Positions 1 to 13,870 of a DNA stretch of 64,000 nucleotides are shown piece after piece. Location of the stretch: contig CDPCPM010000022.1 of the NCBI GenBank assembly GCA_976551045.1, positions 4,464,001 through 4,528,000 of the forward strand, given 5' to 3'. The notes beneath the pieces are model-generated. The model saw nothing but the letters and a program-made list of their open reading frames with translations. It ran no database searches and was not told the DNA's origin. The position numbers were made by a program, and so were the translations under genes. Within the stretch, counting starts at the first letter, position 1; the number at the start of each line of letters is the position of its first letter. This stretch comes from Glaucostegus cemiculus (Eukaryota).

Positions 1-1203
1 TGTGATGACAAGAACTACAACGATACACATTTGAAAGGAACATTTAACATGGCAAAATGCTACAAAGCCATCATGAGCAACATTAATAATGACCTTTGGG
101 ACTCTGAGCCACACAAGGTGATACGAAAATAATCAAAAAGTTTAGTGAAAGGACCAGTTTTATGGAGCTTGTTAAAAGAGCAGCAAGAGGTAGATTAGCC
201 ACAATATTTAGGGAGGTAATTCCAGAGATAGTTTGGATAGAACCTTCAAAGATTCCAGATTATGAATTGACAGATAAGAATGGAACTAATTAAATGTAGT
301 TCAATCTGGCTGGATGAAGGAGAGGTAATGGAGGATGGTGTGGCCAACACGTTGAAGGATGCAGATATTTATCATATTTCATCACAGAAAATTTTACTCT
401 TGACTTGATAATGAATGTTTCAGTATCATGGTATAGTCAGCTATTACTGCCTCAAGATAAAAGCTATAATGAGAAGTCATGGCTCCAGCTACTACTGCTC
501 CAGGTGCGAGTCTGGTAGGTTATTTCAGTGAGCTATCCCATGCTACGTACTTCTATAACACACGTGAAAACTTTGGACTGGGACTGGTTATAAACACAGT
601 CACCATTTATTATTCAACAAACTGCAAAACAATTAAAATGACACAAGTATAATTTGTTCCACTAAACTAATGTCTGCCACCTCTAGGCATAGCTAGACAA
701 AAACAAGATGTCACTTGCAATCTGACCATTTTATATTCAATTCCATTGTTCGGTCAACTTTCATCAGTTATGACCTTGAGACAAAATTCCAAGTTTTGTT
801 TTGTCGAAACGAATGGAATACTTCCAAACCATGTATTCAAACACTGTAATCAGGTATATTACAGATATTGTGTATGAAACTACTGGAAAATTCAGTGGTT
901 GTGAAGTTAACCCAGGTAATGCCTAGCCTAGGACATCTCTAAGAAATTGTGTTTGGTATGGTCACTAAACATACAGAGAAAGTCCAATTAAAATTAATTT
1001 ACCCTGAAGCAATATAAAAATTCCAGCCTACATGACATTAAGAAAATTAATTTAATCAAATGATTATTTTTACTATGTGGAACGTATTATAGGTGTGATA
1101 ATTTTGCTCAGCTATTTCGGAACTAAGTTTTAATGTAGATTATAAAACCTTTTTAGATCCTAAATGATGCTGATCAGGTACAAAAAATCCTATCAGAACT
1201 CAC

Positions 1204-1284
1204 ATCTTCCTCTTTGGTCAGGTCAAATTCTCGTGAGCTGTCTTTAAATATAGCCACATGATGAGGTCCTTCACTCAATGTTAC
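1204..1284 (-). CDS. OPA1: OPA1 exon 10 (GTPase domain); gene continues beyond left edge
   Basis: 81 nt, AG/GT-bounded, [27 protein letters not shown]; near-identical to vertebrate OPA1. Confidence 0.96.
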
Positions 1285-2965
1285 CTGAATCAAATCAAAT
1301 CCACAAAAAAATGAATTCATGAATAAAGGGCAGTATCCACAGAAGTTCATAAACAGAGATTAACTAAATACACAGGCACTAATTTCTTCCTTCTTGTTTG
1401 TGTCTTGTTATTGCTGTGCTTTTGTCATCAAAATATATTTTAAACTATATTGATTAATACAGCAGGTGGTGCAAAATTATCTTAACCGCAACTTCAGAAT
1501 AAGTACTTTGGGAAACCATAAATATAGGGTTGCTCATTTGACAAATGCAGCTTGAGACAGTTAATGAAATTTGATATTTGAATATAGTTTATGTTCTAAT
1601 TGTAACAAAATATAACATTTATTTTAAATATAAATCAAGCATTTATATAGGAATAAAAAAAAATAAACAAAAAATTGAGTAATGTAAATGACAGGAATTC
1701 CACTAATAATATCACCATAACATAACTCAAGTGTACACAGATTTTAAAGCTCTTTCAGGTCAACCAGTCAATGCTCAGATTTTTATCTCACATATAGTTC
1801 TGAATAACAGTTCTGCATGAAGTTCTACATTTGAATATTTATTAACCATCATTATGACAAAATAATTGTTGCAGAAATATTTGGAAAATAGAAATTAGTT
1901 TGCTATTTTTCCAAGTTTCTTGAACTTGCAAAAGCTGCACTGGAAAGTAAAAGATCTGCTTCACCCTATATTACCCTCAAATTATTGAAATAATTGTGGC
2001 ATAAAAGAGAAACACTATTTTCTGCCTCTCTTCCAGAAGAAACAAAAAAAAACTTACATTTCAGATTTAGTCACTTAGTAATAACTCCCTAAATTATTTT
2101 AACGCATCTGTGAAATTATTCTCCCATCACCACAACCTGGCAAGTCCGCGGAGAACGGCGTTATATTTGACTCAAATTCAGTAATGTCATGGGACAGATG
2201 TAGATTCCTTGGTGGTATGTAGTGCTAAACATAAAAGGCACCATGCCAACTGCTCAGTCTTCCTGTGTGAGCTGAGAAGGATGCACCAAGTGGCCTAATT
2301 GCTTGGCAAGCTATCTCAGCTGACTCCAACCTCATCATCAATCAATATCTAATATTTAGCAGAGATGGCTGGATAATGATCAAGCATTGGTCAATTTTCC
2401 CTTTGCTTGACTTAGACACTGCAGTTAACCGTAGCATCTGAGCTGCTATTTGGATTGAGATTAGGTAACACTGCACTGAACAGGTCCATATTTTCATCCA
2501 TTTGGTTTTGTAGGATTCAGCAACTATCTGAGTTCACTTTATTAAGTAATGATACAGACATTTTTGTTAATATCCTGCTTTAAAAAAAAGGTTCTCTTAG
2601 TCTTACTATTCCATCTCTTTGACATAAGAATTGATATAAATTAAAAGGTGTGTCAATTTAATGTAAAATTTACTGTGCATTAAAAATAGAAAGCACTATA
2701 ACGCAAACGGCTGTTGCAAATAACCATAGCTTCTGTATTGAACATTTTCATTAGTTCTGCTTCATGGTTTGGTTTAGACTTGATAAATATGATATTCCTA
2801 TGATTTAATAAATACTGATCATATTACTTTTCTCAAAAGTATACACAAAATAATAATGTGACACCGTCAATTTCAAATAATCCAAATCAAGTCTCCATAA
2901 ATGAACATGCAAATTAAAATGAATATTTTATGCAACACAAAACAAATAATATTTACCCATGGTTA

Positions 2966-3139
<174 letters not shown>

Positions 3140-3239
3140 CTAGAAGTAAATAACTACTGCTATTTAAAAGTAAAGCATTATAAGTATACATTAAAATCAT
3201 ATGTAAACATGGCTCAGTGGCAGAAAGATTATACTACTA

Positions 3240-4495
3240 ACTCATTTACTAAGTCAGGGGCAGGTCGTGCCTCACGAGCCTGATTGAATTCTTTGAGGAT
3301 GTAACAAAGCACATTGATGAAGGTAGAGCAGTGGATGTGGTGTACATGGATTTTAGTAAGGCGCATGATAAAGTTCCTCATGGAAGGATCATTCAGAAAG
3401 TCAGGAAGCATAGGATCTTGACTGTGTGGATTCAGAATTGGCTTGCCTATAAAAGATAGAGGGTGGTTGTAGATGGAGTGTATTCTGACTGGAGGTCAGT
3501 GACCAGTGGTGTTCTGCAGGGATCTCTTCTGGGACCCCTGCTCTTTGTAATTTTTATAAATGACTTGGATGAGGGTGTGGAAGGGTAGGTTAGTAAGGCT
3601 GCAGATGACATGAAGGTTGGTGGTGTTGTGGACAGTGTAGAAGGTTGCCGTAGGTTACAACAGGACATTGATAGGATGCAGAGCTGGGCTGAGGAGTGGC
3701 AGGTGGAGTCCAACCCAGAAAAGTGTGAAGTGATACACTTTGGAAGATCAAATTTGAAGGCAATAGACAGGTTAATGTCAGAACTTAGCAGTGTAGAGGA
3801 ACAGAAGGATCTAGGGGTTCAAGTCCATAGAACCCTTAAGGTTGCCACACAGGTTGATAGGGTTGTTGAGAAGGTGTATGGAGTGCTGGCCTTCATCAGT
3901 TGGGCTATTGAGTTCAAGAGCCACCAGGTAATGTTGCAGCTCTGTAGAACTGTGGTTAGACCACACTTGGAGTATTGTGTTCAGTTCTGGTCACCTCATT
4001 ATAGGAAGCATGTGGAAGCTTTAGAGAGGGTACAGAGGAGATTTACCAGGATGCTGCCTGGATTGGAGACCATGTCTTATGAGGATAGGTTGAGTGAGTT
4101 AGGGCTTTTCTCTTTGGAGTGGAGGATGATGAGAGGTGACTTGAGAAAGGTTTACCAGATGATGAAGCATAGATCAAGTGGACAGTCAGAGACTTTTTCC
4201 ATGACCGAAAATGGCTAACATAAGCGGGCATGACTGGAGGAAGGTATAATGGTGAATGTAAGAGGTAAGTTTTTTTTACACAGAGAGTGGTGGGTGCATG
4301 GAACGCACTGCCAGCAGAGGTTGTGGAGGCAGAAACATTAGGAACATTTAAGAGACTCTTAGATAGGCACACAAATGATAGAAAAAACTGGGATATGTGG
4401 GAGGGAAGGCTTAGATAGATCTTAGAGCAGGACAAAATGTTGGCACAACATCATGGGCCGCAGGGCCTGTACTGTGCTGTTATGTTCTATGTTCA
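3240..4495 (+). mobile_element. CR1-clade LINE, 5'-truncated, degraded ORF2 plus 3' end
   Basis: RT-like VDVVYMDFSKA, QG-x[26 protein letters not shown]; stops and frameshifts; ttctatgttc tail. Confidence 0.93.
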
Positions 4496-4640
4496 TTTGT
4501 CTAACCTTATCACAGAACATTACTCAAACAAAGAAAAACAATGCCAATATTAGATGGGCTGTACCACCAACTCTCATATGTCTAATCTTGTCCTAGAATG
4601 TTATTCAAACAATGAAACACAATGACAGTTCGCTGCTCAC

Positions 4641-4727
4641 CCTAGGCAGATGATCCTGGGTGTTGTAGTTGGAATCATAGTCCGATAGAATATCCAATAC
4701 TTCAGAATACAAATCGATCAAAGACTT
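4641..4727 (-). CDS. OPA1: OPA1 exon 8
   Basis: 87 nt, [33 protein letters not shown]. Confidence 0.96.
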
Positions 4728-6584
4728 CTAGAAAAAGAATTCTTCTATTGAGGTACATAATAACATTGTATATCACAGTGTGTATCAGAATTCAGAAGTA
4801 CCTGAATAATTTTGAACCAAGTACTTCCTAAACAGTTAACCCTTTAACGAGTTAATAAACATTGGCAAGTACCTCAAAATAAACTGATGTTTTCATCTGA
4901 ATTCAGACTAATTAGATAAAAGCTTACTGATTTAATACCATGGATGAAAAGAATTGAACTAATTAGTGAAAGGTGGTTTAGAGCTCTTTGTACTTGCTAG
5001 TAAAAGTAGTAAAATATCCAAAATAAAACATTTAAGATCTGGCATTATTTCCCCTTTCAACTGAGCATGATGTGCCTTTACACTTATCACAGACCTGCAT
5101 CAGTTACGAGTCACTTCCAACCGACATTTTTCTTATTGAGATGTCTAGAAGTATGAAGGATTATGTGTTTTGACATTGACTATGGAAATTGTGATTGTGG
5201 TACAGAAAGAGCAGCAACTAAGGCTGAGATGGGGTAAAAGTGAGGATTCTGACAGAACCAAATGAGAATGGGATTTAGCTCCTTAGTTCTTTTACTCTAC
5301 TATGGGGTCAATCTTTAACTGAAATCTACATAGATGTGCCAGCAAATAAGCTGGTAACTGGGCTGTTGCCGGGCAGAGGTTGAAGGACAGCCTATGTTCA
5401 GTAGACCACTGGCTGCAGAACCATTGAATTGCACTCAGAAATTCCATTGAAGGGGGAACTTCCCCAGACTTCCCAGCTCCAAGGCTGCAGAACTCCACTT
5501 GCTGGAACCTTCACTGTTAACATGGGCCCAGTACAGAAGATGTTTTGAAATCAATAAGAGAAAATGGCTCTCAGGAGAAAGGCAAGTAAAGCAGTTTATT
5601 TGATTTAATTATGTTGGTTTAAATGTATTACATTGATTTTATGTGCTCTTAGTCTATTAAAATTAAAATGACATTTAAAAGTCAATTTATTTTTTAAAAA
5701 AATGTCCCAAATTGAATATTTATGAATGTCAAAGACATTCACTAATGTTGAATTTAAATAGCAGCTTTGATAGCCAATGAACTCCAGGGTAGAGCCTCAC
5801 CACCTGTCAAAACTGTTGTAATAGAATGATAAGTGCTCAACGCTGGGGGAGACACTGCATTTCCCTGGGCTATGCCAATGTGCTGGGACCTAGTCCCAGT
5901 GGAAGACTGTACCCTGTACCATTCTAGAAGATACAGTATAGCTCAGGGTGCAGGTAACCAGCAATGTCAGAGCAGTGGAATATCTGCCACATTAGTTTTC
6001 TTGTCCAGAGTGCATTGTGCATCTTCTCTCACTCTTTTTAAACAGACCCTCCAAAAGCCCATTGATATCTGACTGGAGGGATTCCAAAATAAAAATGCAG
6101 AATCAAACCTTCCCTTTATTCCTCAAGATCCCAACATCTGAAAGTTATTAATCAAGGGAAAGAAAAACTGGAAAATTCTTAAAAATTCCAACACTGCCCT
6201 AGAACCCTACCTAGAGACTTAGAAGGACAAACTTCCATTATCTAACAGTAGCCCTCACATCAGGTGGATTTTCAGATACAGTTTGTCATTCTCCCAAACA
6301 TTAACAAATTAGTTACATTTACTTGGAATCTGAAAACAGCATTTAAAATAGCAAACAGCAAACGAGAATTCTGAAACATTCTGACTGATCTGCCAGTGCA
6401 CAGGCCCAGCAGGGAAAGTCTTTATTTACTGCCCCACATGCAAGTTTCCAACTATAAATTGGTTGCATCATATCCTACACCACTTCAAAAATAACTAGTT
6501 GCAAAATGCTTTGGCACATCCTGAGGTTGTGAAAGGATCTACCAGAGCACAAGTCTTTCTTTCAATATAATATTCATATTTCTA

Positions 6585-6821
<237 letters not shown>

Positions 6822-7381
6822 CTATGTAAAAACAAATGGCAAGAGAAGAAGCAATTACTTTTCTTTATAAAGTCAAGTTTCATTTCAAAGCAGATAAACT
6901 TTTTTGCAACGGTACTATTGTAAGTTACTAAATGACATAAAATGCACAATAGCATATGCTCAATCTTCAACTATACCTGTGCTGTCCCAAAGCCACACAG
7001 TGAGTCCATTTTTGATAAATAAAATAATGAGCAATAGCCATCTTCAAAGAACAAGTGGCCTCACTACTCATTCACAAAAAGCAAACATGTACAATTTAGT
7101 CTATTTGTCTGAATATCTGTAGACTAAGTTTATGTGACTGGTATAGTCAATGGTGACCCCTACGAGTTTGATAGTGCAGAGGTAATGCCAGTAAACCTCA
7201 AGGGAAACAGTTAGAAACTCCATGGAAATATACTGCTCCTACAAGTTATATTGCTCCTGAGTGTCTTAAGAATTGTAAATATAACACAGGTACATTAAAA
7301 TGGCTTTCTCAATAATAGTAAAATTCCCTCTGAGTTCTCCTTCCTAGCTTCTATATCACTAAAACAACAGCATCAAGCTTT

Positions 7382-7538
7382 GTGGCATTATCTGAAGACA
7401 CAAGAGATTCTGCAGATGCTGGAATATGGAGCAACACTCACAAAATGTTGGAGGAACTCAGCAGGTCAGGCAGCATCTATGGAGGTGCCTGACCTGCTAA
7501 GTCCCTCCAGCATTTTGTGTGTGTCGTGGCATTATCTG
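7382..7538. mobile_element. Penelope-derived fold-back mini-insertion with 13-bp TSD
   Basis: gtggcattatctg at 7382-7394 and 7526-7538; inverted arms 7439-7472/7486-7519. Confidence 0.8.
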
Positions 7539-8978
7539 TCCTCTAATGTTAATATTTTTAAAGCAGAGGCCTGGATTTTTGTTGGTAAATGCAAACAATT
7601 CCACACTGACTAGCTGGCTTTTCGGAGTGCTAGTCTGTTAAGTTTCAGGGCTCTTGCCCAAGTCTCAAATTTATTGGTGGAGCTTCACTGGCAATGTCCT
7701 GGCTGCACAGGACCACTGGACATCCCAGGACCTTACACTGGTTGCTCAGTATTTATGAAGGGCATTTGTACTTGGAATTTTTGCCAAGTTAGGAATTGAA
7801 ATTCGGCCAACAAGTCCATTCATTTAATGAGTACTGCATGATTGTGAACAAAAATAAGGTAATTTCTAATAATTAAAGCAAAAAAATAATTAATGAGACA
7901 GCTTTTAAAAATAAATTAATAATAATTAAAAGCATTAAACAGAACACAATTACAATGTTCTAGTTGATTTTATTTTGAAAAGCAAATTTTAAAAGTATTA
8001 CCTATTTAGTGATCTTTAAATGCTTCTAAATGTCAGAAATATTTATAAACAATAACGCAAAAACCTCTGAAAGCTATAAAAGCTGGGCAGGGCTTCACAA
8101 ACTGTAAAAGGATCCCAAAAAGGTTTTCTGTGCAGGTCTTGTTCTGGCCAACCCATGTCATCTTTTAAACAAAGATCGAAACCCTGCCACTACTCGGAGC
8201 CATTTGGGAAAAAAATAGTCACCATTCCAGATCCAGCACAGGCACTTGTGGAGAAGTGGGAGAGTGAGAAGTTACTTCAGCATTCAAGATAATCACAGTT
8301 AATCTTACGCATTCTCAAGAGAGCAAGAGAAGAAGCGCTACCATTTTTAGAAGAAGCTTGAAATCCTGATAGTCTTACAGGTCAAACCAGCAACTGCCTT
8401 TGAGATAAAGTATTTGTCAAAGAACTGGGAATTCTCTCTTTCTTTTTAAAGGTCTGTGGATTTAATTTAAATGGTATACAGCGAAGCTTAAGTGACAGCT
8501 CTTCATATTTTAGTATTTTGTTTTAATTAATTAATGGGGACATTAGTATTATTGTCCTTGAGATGACAATGGTGGAATGTCTTCTTTACCTGCTGTAGTC
8601 TGTGTGATAAAAGCACGTGTGCAGTGTCATTTAGTTGAGTTCTAGGATAATGAAGGAAAGGCAATACATTTCAAAGTTAAGATGCTTGTTACTTAGTGTT
8701 CCCTTGCTCCTGCTGCCTCGCTTTTCAAGATGACATAGGCCGCAGATTTGGGAGGTGCTGTTGAAAATGGCAAGTTAGCAAGTTGGAACTTGGCAATTTA
8801 GGATACTATATCCTGTTGGTGGCACCACTCCAGTATCAATGCTTTCTGATAAATGGCGGCAGGTCATTTGTACCAAATCAGGCAAAATGCACATTTTTGG
8901 GTTTACTACACATTGTCTAAAATCCAAAAGCTCAGCTCACACCACAGATGAAATCTACCAAACACCCATTTTCCTGAC

Positions 8979-9032
8979 CTGTGTGCGCAAAAGCTCTTCT
9001 TGCAGTTGTTCAGCTTTGTCCTTGTCTGATAC
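8979..9032 (-). CDS. OPA1: OPA1 exon 6
   Basis: 54 nt, AG/GT, VSDKDKAEQLQEELLRTQ. Confidence 0.95.
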
Positions 9033-11055
9033 CTGAATAAATAGTGAAGGAAATAAAATATTGAAAAAGAGGAGATTACTTTCAGGTAAAATGAAGCATC
9101 AACATTTTCACAGCTCGGCAATAACATTTTAACTAACAAGTGACATTTCTCTTTCATGTAACATTCATGATTCAGATTCCATTACATCACATCACAAACT
9201 TACTAAAATTTCACTTAAATGACAATATAATTAAAGCCAAACTTTATTACAACCACTTCATATTACGATCTCATTTATTTCTTTTGTAAAATGCTTCAGT
9301 AGAAATAAAACTTCTCTGACAACTTATCAGGGATTTATTTTTTCACAGCAAAACTCTTCCCTGGATTTCACTCAGATCCAAGGCAAATGTTGAGGATATT
9401 ATGTACTTCTAGTTGGTTATAATGAAGTTTGTTTGTAATAATGAATTATTCAGATATTGGAAAATTTTAATGAATATTTAATTATTAGTATATAATTAGT
9501 TAGGAAATAAACAGCTAAATATTCAAGCTGCCATTTGAGTATAAAACTAGTATTATGGATCAACTGTCAGATATAGGACCCATCTAATATTAATTGATTG
9601 ATTTTAATGGTAGTAAAGGCAAAAGATTTTATAACAGAAATCTGATTGGCTACATTATCTTCACACCTGGGGGCAAAATGAAAATCTACTCTTATGTCCT
9701 TAAATACTATTAAGCTTGAATAGTATTAGCACATACCACACATATTATCCTATATAACATGATGTTAGAAAATGACACAAAATGGAAATGATAAAATACA
9801 AGAGGTTGAAATTGTCAGAAGTGCAAAAGTAACAATTGACAGTCTGCTGGGAATGTATTGATAGTAATTGTTTATAAAATACTGGCACAACAAATGTACT
9901 TTACATTAATGCCCATTGAAGCTGTAGATTAGGAGAGGAACAGAAGCTTGGTAAGACTTTATAAGTCTGTGGGCAATACAGTACTGACCAACACAATATA
10001 CCTTTAAAGAAGTGCCTGCAGAACTAGAAATTATTTTCATCTCCCTACCAACCAATTTAAGACTATGCAATGTTATTTCAGGAGCTTTAACCTGTTTTTA
10101 AAGAAGTCTGCAACTACAGGAGGTAGAAAAATGTATTAATCTCCTTGATCCATCACTCTGCACAAACTAACAAATATTAAAAGATCACTCAAAACTACAA
10201 TGACATCATGGGACCCCTTACTGTTATAGTCAATATTCCCATATTACAAGAAAAAATTTCAGTACTTAATTATGCTGGTCATCCATAAATCCACATACAA
10301 GGTAACTATTATATAATGCATTTGTTTATTTTTAATGGTGGTAGAATTTCTGACAGTCTGCAGCTCAGAAAAAGGCTAATTGGTCAGGTGGTCAAGATAG
10401 ACGTTAATGTGCTACACTCTTCACCTATTCTACAAATTTTATTCTTATTGGCATTCTCTTCTATTTATTTTAGTTTATATGAACACCAACTAATTTACCA
10501 GATAGACAGCCTATAGAAAGGACAACAAGTTGCTAATTAAACAAACCTAAACTATGGCTGTAAATAACTGACTCTCCCAATATTGCCCCAAAGGGAAATA
10601 GCTTCTACATTTGGCATTATAATATTAAGATCATTAATACTTCATTTTTGATATCAGATGCAACTTCTGGGCCATTTCAAAGCTGGTGGATGAGCTTGAG
10701 CTGCATCCACACATTCAACATCATGTACATGTCAATCAAAAAGGAGCTTAAATGAAAAGAATAATCGAGTACAGTTAATCTGTGATAAAGATCATAAATT
10801 TCGTGCATACAATTTATGAATGTCCAAAAAGTTAGAATGGTTTGCATATATTCATAGCTCATTTCCACTGTATACAAAAGACTCAACTTTGAATAAACAG
10901 TCAATCACAGGTAACCATTTCTCAGTGAATTTTCCAATAGTATTTCCTTTAATGTGCAATATAATGAGCAATTCAAATATGCACAACACCCTCGAACAAA
11001 ACCAATGCCAAGCAATCAAGTCTGGGTTATCTCAAAGGATGGTTCAATCTATCAC

Positions 11056-11166
11056 CTTTCGTTTCTGTTGGGAGGAGCCAGAGCTTAATTGTTCGGCGAC
11101 CCTGCGTGCTGCTTCTTCATGCTCCTGGATTTGCTGCTGGATTAGAATCAGTTCCCCAAGCACACC
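11056..11166 (-). CDS. OPA1: OPA1 alternative exon 5b
   Basis: 111 nt, phase 0/0, AG/GT, GVLGELILIQQQIQEHEEAARRVAEQLSSGSSQQKRK; matches mammalian exon 5b. Confidence 0.95.
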
Positions 11167-12432
11167 CTGCCATGAGTTTTCAATGGGTAAAAGGAAGGAA
11201 TTAGGGAGGAAAATAAAAAAAAAACATAAAACACAACTTAAAAGACGAATGAACACATGGAAGGACTGGGAAAGTATGCACTGCTTAATGAATGGAGGAC
11301 TGCTGCATTTGGTGCCCATTAGTAAGGAGCATATGAGTTCAGCAAAACCTGTTTGTAATACAGGGGCACATGAGTTCAAACAGTATAAGTCATTGAAAGC
11401 TGTATCATCCACAGTATTACAGTCCTTAAATCAAGCATAATTTAAATAATATCTCTATAATAAAAACTCCAGTGATCTGGGATAACACCATCACTTGCAC
11501 AGATGTTACTACGACTGCAGAATAAATACAGTTGTGGGAAACAAACAGGAAAAAAAATCAGCAGCTACATTGTTTTTTTTTTAAAAAAAACATCTTACAA
11601 AATTCTCCTTCAAATAAGCACACACAATAAAGCAAGAATTCCGAAAATAAATACAAAATCTCCAAACAAGAATTAACCATTACATCATACCATACATTTA
11701 ACAGCTTTCATCTCCAGAGGTGTCCCCTCATTGTGCACATTCAGTTCCTGTAGCTCCGAATCTTCCCACACCTCAGTACCATATACATTCTGTTTTCAGT
11801 ATTATTCTTACAATTTCCCCATCCAAGTGATTTCCAATACTCTTAATAGGCTTTTCCTAGCATGAATTTGGACATTGCTGAGTATTCTGTTACCTTTAAA
11901 GTGGAGTTCATCTTAGTTTTATCATTTGTCATCAAAAACAGATGAAGATACACATTTAGCACATTCACAGGAAAATGTGGTTTAACACAAGTACCCCTCA
12001 ATTATTGTATATAAGTATCCACATCCCAGTGAGGTATGCATTTCAATTTAATATCTAAATAGTTATCAATTTATTTCTGGACAGACTTCATTGTGTGAGC
12101 TGGTTTTTAAGTAGCAAAAGTAGTAAAATCAATTTACACTATTTCTTCATACTGTGTGCTAAGCAGGTGAAAGAATGCTCTGTCCAGTAAAACTCCACAT
12201 TTTCTTAACACAGAAATGCTTCACCATAATAGGTAAAGCAGTTCAGGGTGAGTAAGTGCTTTATCACCAACATGTCCTTTACAATTATAATAAAATTAAA
12301 AATTTGGCAATTTGGAGTAATGATTTCAATATGCTTCAATTATTCCAACAATTTTTAATATAATCCAAACACAAGCTTCAATTACCTACATTGAAGTAAG
12401 TAGCTTAATGAACTAATTTATTCCAAACTTGC

Positions 12433-12509
12433 CTTCTTATACTGCTTCCCATTACTGTCGAATCCCTGAGTATCAGATGCTTTCATAGTAGCAGAATTTT
12501 CTGTAGAAT
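12433..12509 (-). CDS. OPA1: OPA1 exon 5 (S1 processing region), GC donor
   Basis: 77 nt, phase 1/0, (D)STENSATMKASDTQGFDSNGKQYKK; acceptor ttgcag, donor AAG|gcaagt. Confidence 0.85.
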
Positions 12510-12639
12510 CTGCAACAGCCAGAAAAGAATGAACTAATTTTTAGTTGTCAATAAACCTATTAGAATACTTAATACACTTCATTTATGTGATGCAAGACCC
12601 AACATTACTAGAGAAACAAGAATGTTTCCAAATCTGGTA

Positions 12640-13640
12640 AGTTAGTGGCTTTGATGCAATTTGCAAGTTTTGGTGTTCTTATATGTTTCCCTTGACATTT
12701 TGGTGGTGTTGGAGGTGATGTTGAAGTGTGAGTGAGAGGCTTCTGTGCCTCTTCTAGGTGGTGTGCACTGTGGCCCACTGTGCAGTGATGGTGGAGTAAG
12801 TGAATGTTTAAGATAGTTAGTTGGGTACCAATCGAGCAGACTCCTTTTATGCTTCTGTAGCTGCACTCAACCAGGCAAGTGGAATATCTTCTATTACAGT
12901 CCTAACTTGAACCTTATAGAAGGTGATAAAGCTTCTTGACACATGGAGATGGGCCAAGAGTCACAGAATACCCAGCTGCTGACTAACTCTTGCTGCCACA
13001 GTACTCGAGTGGATGATTGAATTAAATTATAGGCCACTGCTGTTCTCCTGGACATTGCTGATTGACATTATCATAACCAAATCCTCAATGAATGTCAAAG
13101 GAAAGTGATTAGACTCTCTAGTGGAAACAGTCACTAGTTCCTGTGTGATGTGTTATTTAAGTGGCATGAATATTACTTGCCATTTACTAGCTGAAGCTTG
13201 AAGATCGTCCACATCTTTTTGTAGACATCCCCTTACTGCTACAGATTTGGAAATAGAACTAAGCATTGCAGATATCCATACTTCTGGACTAGTGATGAAG
13301 GTCATCGATGAAGCAATTTAAACTGTCTGGGCATGGGACAATGGCCTGAAAAAATATACTTCCTGAAGCTGGGATAACTGGCTTTCAGCAACTACAGTTA
13401 TTTTTCTACGTACAAGGAATAGCTAGTTTCACCCTGATTCCCACTTGATTGTAATTTACCTGGGGTCCCTTGATCCCACATTCTGCCTTGATGCCTCACC
13501 TCTGGAATCCAGCTTTTCTGTCCATGATTGGACCTAGGCTGTAGAGATGGCTGGAGATCAATGGAACCCAAACTGAGCTTTTGTGATCAAATGACTGCTG
13601 ACTATGTGCATTTGATCAAACAGTCCATGGTCCTTTCCAT
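12640..13640 (-). mobile_element. Old degraded LINE fragment (CR1/L2-like)
   Basis: General resemblance to the other LINE remnants in the window; no intact frame. Confidence 0.45.
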
Positions 13641-13654
13641 TGACTTACTGATGC

Positions 13655-13870
13655 AAAAGGCGCGATAATGTAGCAGTTAGCACGATGCTGTTACAGCACC
13701 AGCGATTGGGGTTCAATTCCCGTCGCTGACTGTAAGGAGTTTGTACATTCTCCCGTGTCTGCGTGGGTTTCCTCCGGGTGCTCCGGTTTCCTCCCACATT
13801 CTAAAAAGACGTACGGGTAGGTTAATTTGGGGGTTTAAAATGGGTGGCGCGGACTCCTTGGGCCAAAAGT
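13655..13870 (+). mobile_element. tRNA-derived V-core SINE
   Basis: B-box ggttcaattcc (~13710) followed by V-core tctgcgtgggtttcctccgggtgctccggtttcctcccaca. Confidence 0.88.

Noticed and set aside
1-1200. OPA1 exon 11
   Set aside because: No LAALRHEIELRMRK-like frame found; it probably lies left of the window.
3610-4218. 202-aa ORF as a host gene
   Set aside because: Fragment of CR1 ORF2 with flanking stops and frameshifts.
7440-7480. Recurrent ggaggaactcagcaggtcaggcagcatc motif as a possible CRISPR-like or regulatory repeat
   Set aside because: Dispersed, in both orientations, with no regular spacers; linked to GIY-YIG remnants, so Penelope-derived.
13655-13730. tRNA-like A/B boxes
   Set aside because: Head of a V-core SINE; no full cloverleaf.
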